A stretch of DNA of 64,000 nt, from contig OZ219926.1 of assembly GCA_964291405.2 (NCBI GenBank), forward strand, positions 1,792,001-1,856,000, written 5' to 3'. The position numbers and the translations under genes were made by a program. Within the stretch, counting starts at the first letter, position 1. Each line of letters begins with the position of its first letter. The DNA comes from Thermodesulfobacteriota bacterium (lineage in GTDB: Bacteria; Desulfobacterota; Binatia; Bin18). The notes beneath the pieces are model-generated. The model did no database searches. It was not told the DNA's origin and saw only the letters and a list, made by a program, of their open reading frames with translations. This document shows, in pieces, positions 58,533-64,000 of the stretch.

Positions 58533-59686
58533 GTATAGGCATGCCTCCGACAGGAGACCCACCCAGAGAAGAACCCTCCGCTCTGAGCACGCTACCCGAT
58601 ACGTTGCTCACCCGCACGCTTGAGCTGTGCCGATTAGCCAAGGAGGCTGGGCTCGGCGTGACCCCGGGCCGAGTCATTGATATTGCCCGCTCCCTGCGCG
58701 GTATTCAGTTTGTCAATGGGAACGATTTCCGCCTCGCCCTACGGACGAATCTGGCCAGTAGTCGAGCGGAAGAACAGCGATTTGATCGGGTATTCAACGC
58801 CTACTGGTACGGAGAAGCAGAGAACGAAGGATACCGCCTAGGAGTACAGACCGAGTTGCTCCGCGGAAACTTTGATCAGGGCCTCCAGGAAGCGCACCAG
58901 GACATTATCGGCCAGCTTGAAGACAGTAGTGCGCAGGAAACCCACCGGGACCTGAACCTGACGGCGCGCTGGGATGAGGAGGCACCACCCATCGAACACA
59001 CCGTCCGTGCCCTGGCCAAGCGTCTCGCCACGCGTCCCAGCCGGCGTCTCAAACCGTCCCCACGGGGCCAGCGGATAGACCTGCGACGCTCACTCCGACG
59101 TAACATGCGGCACGGCATGGATATGCTGGAACTCGCCCGGGTCCATCGTCGCGTGCGCAAGACTCGCCTCGTTCTGCTGTGCGATGTGAGTGGGTCCATG
59201 GATGCGTTTAATCCGTTTCTTTTACAGCTCATGCTGGGGATTCAGAAGGAACTCAAGAACGCGCGCACAGTCGTTTTCAGCACGGCCGTCACCGAAATCA
59301 CGTCCGTGCTGCGCCGCCGCTCGGTGCAACACACCTTACAGCAGGTCGGTGAGACGGTCCGACACTGGTCCGGCGGCACAAATATCGGTGAGGCACTCAC
59401 CAAGTTGAACCGGAGCGTCCTGCGTGAAGGCTCGACCCGCTCAACGGTGGCTATTATTATCAGCGACGGATACGACAGCGGTCGCACCGAAGTTATTGAA
59501 CGCGAAATGTGCGCCCTGCGGCGACGCGTGCGCACCGTGGTCTGGATCAACCCCATGTACGGGGCCTCAAGCTTTGAACCGCGTGCCCAAGGCATGAAGG
59601 CCGCCCTGCCCTATATTGACCATTTTCTGCCGGCGTATAATGCCCAATCGTTGCAGGTCTTGGTGCGCGAGCTGGTACGGGTCTGA
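58529..59686 (+). CDS. VWA domain protein (CoxE-like)
   Basis: CDVSGSM MIDAS, WSGGTNIG, ISDG and WINP. Confidence 0.9.
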   Translation: MSIGMPPTGDPPREEPSALSTLPDTLLTRTLELCRLAKEAGLGVTPGRVIDIARSLRGIQFVNGNDFRLALRTNLASSRAEEQRFDRVFNAYWYGEAENEGYRLGVQTELLRGNFDQGLQEAHQDIIGQLEDSSAQETHRDLNLTARWDEEAPPIEHTVRALAKRLATRPSRRLKPSPRGQRIDLRRSLRRNMRHGMDMLELARVHRRVRKTRLVLLCDVSGSMDAFNPFLLQLMLGIQKELKNARTVVFSTAVTEITSVLRRRSVQHTLQQVGETVRHWSGGTNIGEALTKLNRSVLREGSTRSTVAIIISDGYDSGRTEVIEREMCALRRRVRTVVWINPMYGASSFEPRAQGMKAALPYIDHFLPAYNAQSLQVLVRELVRV

Positions 59687-59832
59687 AGGACGGAGGGAGG
59701 CTGGCCAAAGGGCTCCCGGAAGGCTAAGACGCGGGGACCTCGGCCGGTCTGAGCCATCGCGCAGACCGGAACCCTTGACAAACTCGACCCTGCCCGATTA
59801 GTCAAGTGGCAGTTTTTCCAAAGCGAGGGGAT

Positions 59833-60630
59833 ATGCCAACCAAGTATGTTGATGTTGACGACTATGCGGTGCATTACTTTCACACCGGCCAAACAACGTT
59901 GCCACCGGTTGTTCCTGATGTCAGCAAAGGCAAGCTCTTTTTATACGTCCACGGGGCGGGCAGTAATGGCCACTTCGCCCATAAGATGCTGGATATTCTC
60001 TCGGCCGCCCACAGTCCGCTCGCCTTCGACTTTCCGGGCCATGGGCGTTCGAGCGGAACGGAAAGCCTCAAAAGCGTGGCCGCCTATAGCGACTTCACCT
60101 ATAGTCTGTGGCAGGCCTTAGGCGTGCGTCCGGTGGTTATTATTGGCCATTCCATGGGCGGCGCCATTGCCATGGACCTGGCCCTTCGTCACGCGGATAT
60201 GGTTGAGGGCGTCGCCCTGACCTGTACGGCGGCGAAGTTCAACATCTCGGATGAGCTGACCGGTACCTGGCAGGCAGTAATGAAAGGCCGCCAGGGACAG
60301 CCCTTCACCAAGGTGTCGTGCTCACCTCAGACGCCGCAGGAGATCATTCAAGAAGGCTGGATGGAACAGATCAAGACCGACCCGCGCGTCCGCTACTTTG
60401 ATTTGCTGGCCTGCCAGCAGGTTGACCTGAGGGCACAGCTCGGACAGATCGACCTGCCCACGCTGGTGCTGGCCGGAGCGGATGACGCCACCACACCAGT
60501 CGCTCAGGCCGAAGAGTTGCGGGACCATATTCCGAATGCACAACTGGCTGTCATTCCTGAGGCCGGGCACTGGCTGCCACTCGAAAAACCGCAGGCTGCC
60601 TGTGACGCCATTCAGGCGTTCTTCAGCTAG
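59833..60630 (+). CDS. Alpha/beta fold hydrolase
   Basis: HGAG, DFPGHGRS, GHSMGG and AGHW. Confidence 0.92.
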   Translation: MPTKYVDVDDYAVHYFHTGQTTLPPVVPDVSKGKLFLYVHGAGSNGHFAHKMLDILSAAHSPLAFDFPGHGRSSGTESLKSVAAYSDFTYSLWQALGVRPVVIIGHSMGGAIAMDLALRHADMVEGVALTCTAAKFNISDELTGTWQAVMKGRQGQPFTKVSCSPQTPQEIIQEGWMEQIKTDPRVRYFDLLACQQVDLRAQLGQIDLPTLVLAGADDATTPVAQAEELRDHIPNAQLAVIPEAGHWLPLEKPQAACDAIQAFFS

Positions 60631-60641
60631 AGGGGAATAGC

Positions 60642-61790
60642 ATGAGTATCAGTCGAAAAGCTGCGCTGGCCGGTGTCTACGAGCACCCGCTCCGCTGGGC
60701 CCCGCATAAAACTCAATACCAGATCATGGCCGAAAGCGCCCGAGGCGCCCTGGACGATGCCGGGTTGAGTATAAAAGATGTCAACGGCCTGTTTACCTCG
60801 GGTGTGGGCGGGATGGGGATTATCGCCCTGGCCGAGCACCTGAATCTCAACCCCGATTTCCTGGACTCCAACTCGATTGGAGGCTCGTCCTTTGTTTCGC
60901 ATACGGCCCATGCCGCGGCGGCGATTGCCGCCGGCTACTGCGATGTTGTCCTGATTCTGTACGGCAGCAAATGGTCCTCGGACCGTTTTGCCGTTGGCAC
61001 CGGAGGCGGCGGGAGTGGCGACCCGCCTGAACAGTTTGAAGGTTGCTACGGCCCGACAACCGTTGGCGACTACGCCCTAGCCGCGCAGCGGCATATGTAC
61101 GAATTCGGCACCACCAGTGAGCAACTGGCCGAGATTGCCGTGACGACGCGCAAACATGCCTCGCTGAATCCGCACGCAAAGTTCCGTGACCTGATTAGCG
61201 TTGACGACGTCCTGGCCTCGCGCGAGGTATCTTCACCGCTGCACCTGCTGGACTGCTGCATGATCTCCGATGGCGGTGGCGCCCTGGTTGTCACTTCTGC
61301 CGAACGGGCACGCGATCTCAGAAAGAAGCCCGTCTATCTCCTGAGCGCGGCAGAGTCCTGCGCCCATACCAGCGCTGGGATGCGCGATATTACTGACGCA
61401 GCGGCCAAGCAGTCTGGCCCGAAAGCCATGGCACGAGCCGGGGTGAGTCATAGCGACTTTGACATGGCCATGATCTACGACTCCTTCACCATTACCGTGT
61501 GCATCACCCTTGAAAGCCTGGGGTTTTGTCAAAAAGGAGAAGGCGGGTCGTATGTCCAGAACGGTCGTATTGGTCTGGGCGGTGAACTCCCGATCAATAC
61601 CGACGGCGGCGGGTTGTCCTCCAACCACCCCGGTATGCGCGGAATTTTTTTGGTGATCGAGGCGGTCAAGCAGTTGCGAGGTGAGTGTGGAGAGCGCCAG
61701 GTCAAGGATTGTACACTCGCCTTTTGTCATGGAACAGGCGGAACACTCGGGCTCCGGCACAGCGGAGCCTCTCTGGTCCTCGGAGTATAG
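60642..61790 (+). CDS. Thiolase-like protein (SCP2/Ltp2 type)
   Basis: DCCMISDGGGA, IYDSFT, NTDGGGLS and HGTGG; no canonical N-terminal catalytic Cys (IGGSS). Confidence 0.88.
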   Translation: MSISRKAALAGVYEHPLRWAPHKTQYQIMAESARGALDDAGLSIKDVNGLFTSGVGGMGIIALAEHLNLNPDFLDSNSIGGSSFVSHTAHAAAAIAAGYCDVVLILYGSKWSSDRFAVGTGGGGSGDPPEQFEGCYGPTTVGDYALAAQRHMYEFGTTSEQLAEIAVTTRKHASLNPHAKFRDLISVDDVLASREVSSPLHLLDCCMISDGGGALVVTSAERARDLRKKPVYLLSAAESCAHTSAGMRDITDAAAKQSGPKAMARAGVSHSDFDMAMIYDSFTITVCITLESLGFCQKGEGGSYVQNGRIGLGGELPINTDGGGLSSNHPGMRGIFLVIEAVKQLRGECGERQVKDCTLAFCHGTGGTLGLRHSGASLVLGV

Positions 61791-61817
61791 CCGCGGTTCA
61801 GTAATAGGGGAGTAATT

Positions 61818-62243
61818 ATGGCTGATGAGAAAAAGAAACCGAACCGCCCGGTCCCACGGGTAGATGAAGAGTCGCGACCGTTCTGGGAAGCCTGCGCCCG
61901 GCACGAACTATACGTTCAGAAATGTCGGGCGTGTGGAACGGTCTTCTACTATCCGCGCGCCTTTTGCCCGGAAAACCTGTCGCAGGACTTTGAGTGGTTA
62001 CGCTGTAGCGGCAAAGGGACCGTCTATACCTTTACGATTACCCGTCAGAATCAAAGTTCAGGCTTTCGGAACAAAGTGCCCTATGTCATGGCCTATGTCG
62101 AGTTGGAAGAAGGGGTGCGGATGCTGACCAATATCGTGGGCTGTGACCCGGAGAGCGTCACCATCGGTATGCCGGTCGAAGTCACCTTTGAGGACGTGAC
62201 GCCGGAAGTCTCGGTTCCGCTGTTCAAGCCTATAGCAGAGTGA
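61818..62243 (+). CDS. DUF35 Zn-ribbon/OB-fold protein
   Basis: PFWE, QKCRACG..YPRAFCP, VELEEG and IGMPVEVTF. Confidence 0.92.
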   Translation: MADEKKKPNRPVPRVDEESRPFWEACARHELYVQKCRACGTVFYYPRAFCPENLSQDFEWLRCSGKGTVYTFTITRQNQSSGFRNKVPYVMAYVELEEGVRMLTNIVGCDPESVTIGMPVEVTFEDVTPEVSVPLFKPIAE

Positions 62244-62380
62244 AGAGTCAGATAGGCTGGATGCGCGCCGTGTGATCTGACCCCAGGCAGGGTCCGCTTT
62301 GCATTGCCACACGCGTTCGCTTCTGGCACTATAGGGCCTTATTTTGCAGCCAGAAAAAACTGCTTCGACAAAAGGAGACA

Positions 62381-62437
62381 AAAGAGTAAACGTGTCAACA
62401 AATTTTTTGTATCTATTGGAAGACACGTTTACTCTTT
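62381..62437 (-). repeat. ~55-bp inverted-repeat element, copy 2 (inverted)
   Basis: Reverse complement AAAGAGTAAACGTGTCTTCCAATAGATACAAAAAATTTGTTGACACGTTTACTCTTT. Confidence 0.85.
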
Positions 62438-62474
62438 GAGGAGCTGAGTTCGACCATCGACTCTCATATATCCC

Positions 62475-63149
62475 ATGGCACGAGTAATTGACCTCCACCT
62501 TCATTCTGAAGTCTCGGACGACAGCCGTGCGCCGGTCGAGGCCTACCTCAAGTGGCTAGCCCGTAAACGAGACGAACGGCCGCTAGACGGCATCGTGCTG
62601 ACCGAACACCGCCAGTTCGACACCCAGAGCGACTACCGGGCGCTTGAGGACAAGTATGGCATGCTGATCCTCAAAGCCTCTGAGGTCGAAACCGAGTACG
62701 GTCATGTTCTTGTGTATGGAGTCAATGACGCAATGCTGCAACGCTTCGACTTTTCCAACGTCCGACTGCGGGCCCAAGAGGTGATTGACGAAGTGGCGCG
62801 CATGGGCGGGGTGGCTATGCCGTGTCACCCGGGTCGGCCCACGATTGGCTTGATTGAGCACTATGAAAACCGCCCTCCGCTTGAGGGGGTGGTTGGCGTC
62901 GAGGCTCTGAACGGCGGAAGTAAAAAAGGCGAGAATGAGCGCGTTGCTGAGCTTATCGATACGTACGGCTACCACGCGTTTGGGGGGAGCGATGCCCATC
63001 TGGTGAGCTTTGTCGGGATTTGTGCCACAGAGTTTGAGAAAGATATTACGAATACGGAAGAGTTGGTTGAGGCGCTGCGGACGGGCGGCTACCGCCCGGT
63101 TGATTTTCGTGTCCGGCGAGCCCCGGTCCAGCCGGCCCCAGCGGCATAA
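62475..63149 (+). CDS. PHP domain-containing protein
   Basis: IDLHLHS, LTEH, GHVLVYG, CHPGR and GGSDAH. Confidence 0.88.
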   Translation: MARVIDLHLHSEVSDDSRAPVEAYLKWLARKRDERPLDGIVLTEHRQFDTQSDYRALEDKYGMLILKASEVETEYGHVLVYGVNDAMLQRFDFSNVRLRAQEVIDEVARMGGVAMPCHPGRPTIGLIEHYENRPPLEGVVGVEALNGGSKKGENERVAELIDTYGYHAFGGSDAHLVSFVGICATEFEKDITNTEELVEALRTGGYRPVDFRVRRAPVQPAPAA

Positions 63150-63204
63150 AGAGCGAACGTGTCCTCCAATAGATACAAAAAAATTGTTGACACGTTTACT
63201 CTTT
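63148..63204 (+). repeat. ~55-bp inverted-repeat element, copy 3
   Basis: AAAGAGCGAACGTGTCCTCCAATAGATACAAAAAAATTGTTGACACGTTTACTCTTT; overlaps the PHP stop codon. Confidence 0.85.
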
Positions 63205-63219
63205 GTAGAGGAGACGTGG

Positions 63220-63663
63220 ATGGCGCTTGAATTTGATCGGTCTATTTTAGGTCAAGTGTTTGACGAGACTGACTTTCCGCCGGTTGAGAAAGCAGACCTC
63301 TTACACTTTGCGGACGCGCTGGGAGAGACCAACCCGCTCTACACCGATGAAGAAGCGGCGGTGAATGGGCCCTATGGCGGTCTGGTGGCGGCTCCGACCT
63401 ATGTGACACGGCTCCGACCCAAAAAAATGACACCCGAGCATATGCCACGCTTCGGCAAGGTCGGCTTTGACGGCGGACGTGATGTTGAGATTTTTGCCCC
63501 GGTCCGGCCTGGTGATAGGCTGAAAATGGTCAGCACCATACACGATATTTACGAGAAAACCGGGCGCAGTGGCTCTATGTATTTCATCGTCCTGCGGAAT
63601 GAGATCTCAAACCAAGACGGCCAGAAGGTTGCGATTGTTGACCATAGGATTATGCAGCGATGA
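63220..63663 (+). CDS. MaoC/HadA-like hotdog dehydratase subunit
   Basis: FADALGETNPLYTDEEAA, PVRPGD and EKTGRSG. Confidence 0.85.
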   Translation: MALEFDRSILGQVFDETDFPPVEKADLLHFADALGETNPLYTDEEAAVNGPYGGLVAAPTYVTRLRPKKMTPEHMPRFGKVGFDGGRDVEIFAPVRPGDRLKMVSTIHDIYEKTGRSGSMYFIVLRNEISNQDGQKVAIVDHRIMQR

Positions 63664-64000
63664 AAACACTCTATTTTGAGGAGGTCGAAGAAGGCGACGA
63701 GTTGCCGCCTATCGACCTGCTTCTGACCAAAGACTTTGTCCGCACGTACGCCAAGACGGCCGGTATGGATTTTCCGCGGTTCACGGACGACGAAGGGGCA
63801 CGCCAGGAGGGTCTACCAGGTATGATCGCGCCTGGGGTTTTAAGTATGGGGTTGCTGGCCCGACTGATCGGCGAGTGGAACCAAGCGGCGCAGATTACCC
63901 GGATCGGCACGACGTTTCGCAGCCCGGTCCTACCTGACTGCACGATTCATCTGCTAGGCTTTGTCACCCAAAAGGATGTAGAGCGACATAGTGCTGAGTG
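63660..64000 (+). CDS. MaoC/HadB-like hotdog dehydratase subunit (truncated by window end)
   Basis: ATGA overlap; MKTLYFEEVEEGDELP...GLPGMIAPG...FRSPV; not in the ORF track. Confidence 0.8.
   Translation, partial: MKTLYFEEVEEGDELPPIDLLLTKDFVRTYAKTAGMDFPRFTDDEGARQEGLPGMIAPGVLSMGLLARLIGEWNQAAQITRIGTTFRSPVLPDCTIHLLGFVTQKDVERHSAE

Noticed and set aside
57627-59686. CO dehydrogenase cluster
   Set aside because: Only CoxD/CoxE-like chaperones are present; no coxLMS in the window
59690-59775. Possible riboswitch before the alpha/beta hydrolase
   Set aside because: Only a simple hairpin (CCGGTCTG/CAGACCGG) is supported; no known consensus
1-64000. CRISPR array, tRNA, rRNA, integrase or transposase
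   Set aside because: No regularly spaced repeats, cloverleaf/T-loop signatures or recombinase motifs were seen by eye

Overview
A GC-rich bacterial chromosomal window dominated by metabolic genes: LLM/F420 oxidoreductases, amidohydrolases, PhyH, BVMO, glpK, Moco genes, miaB, an ethylmalonyl-CoA pathway cluster (ecm, meaB, mcl, mcd, hbd), metH, MoxR/VWA and thiolase/DUF35/MaoC genes. The repertoire is reminiscent of Binatia/Tectomicrobia-like lineages (inference only). No rRNA, tRNA, CRISPR array, integrase or transposase was seen. Highlights: (1) a ~4-kb AT-richer island (32417-36398) bounded by a diverged 90-bp duplicate of the 3' end of an EndoQ-UvrD fusion gene. It encodes a three-gene peptidoglycan-directed module (membrane protein with PG-binding domain; HExxH peptidase-lysozyme fusion without signal peptide; lipoprotein with PG-binding domain) and is the best candidate for an undescribed system. 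(2) A selenocysteine ArsC missed by the ORF track (in-frame UGA at the catalytic Cys, followed by a SECIS-like hairpin). (3) A three-subunit Co-type thiocyanate hydrolase/nitrile hydratase operon with an SDR gene between the split beta genes. (4) Tandem LuxR-type regulators with three copies of a palindromic operator. (5) A ~55-bp inverted-repeat element in four copies and a structured RNA leader candidate upstream of metH. All product calls rest on motif recognition by eye; no database searches were run.
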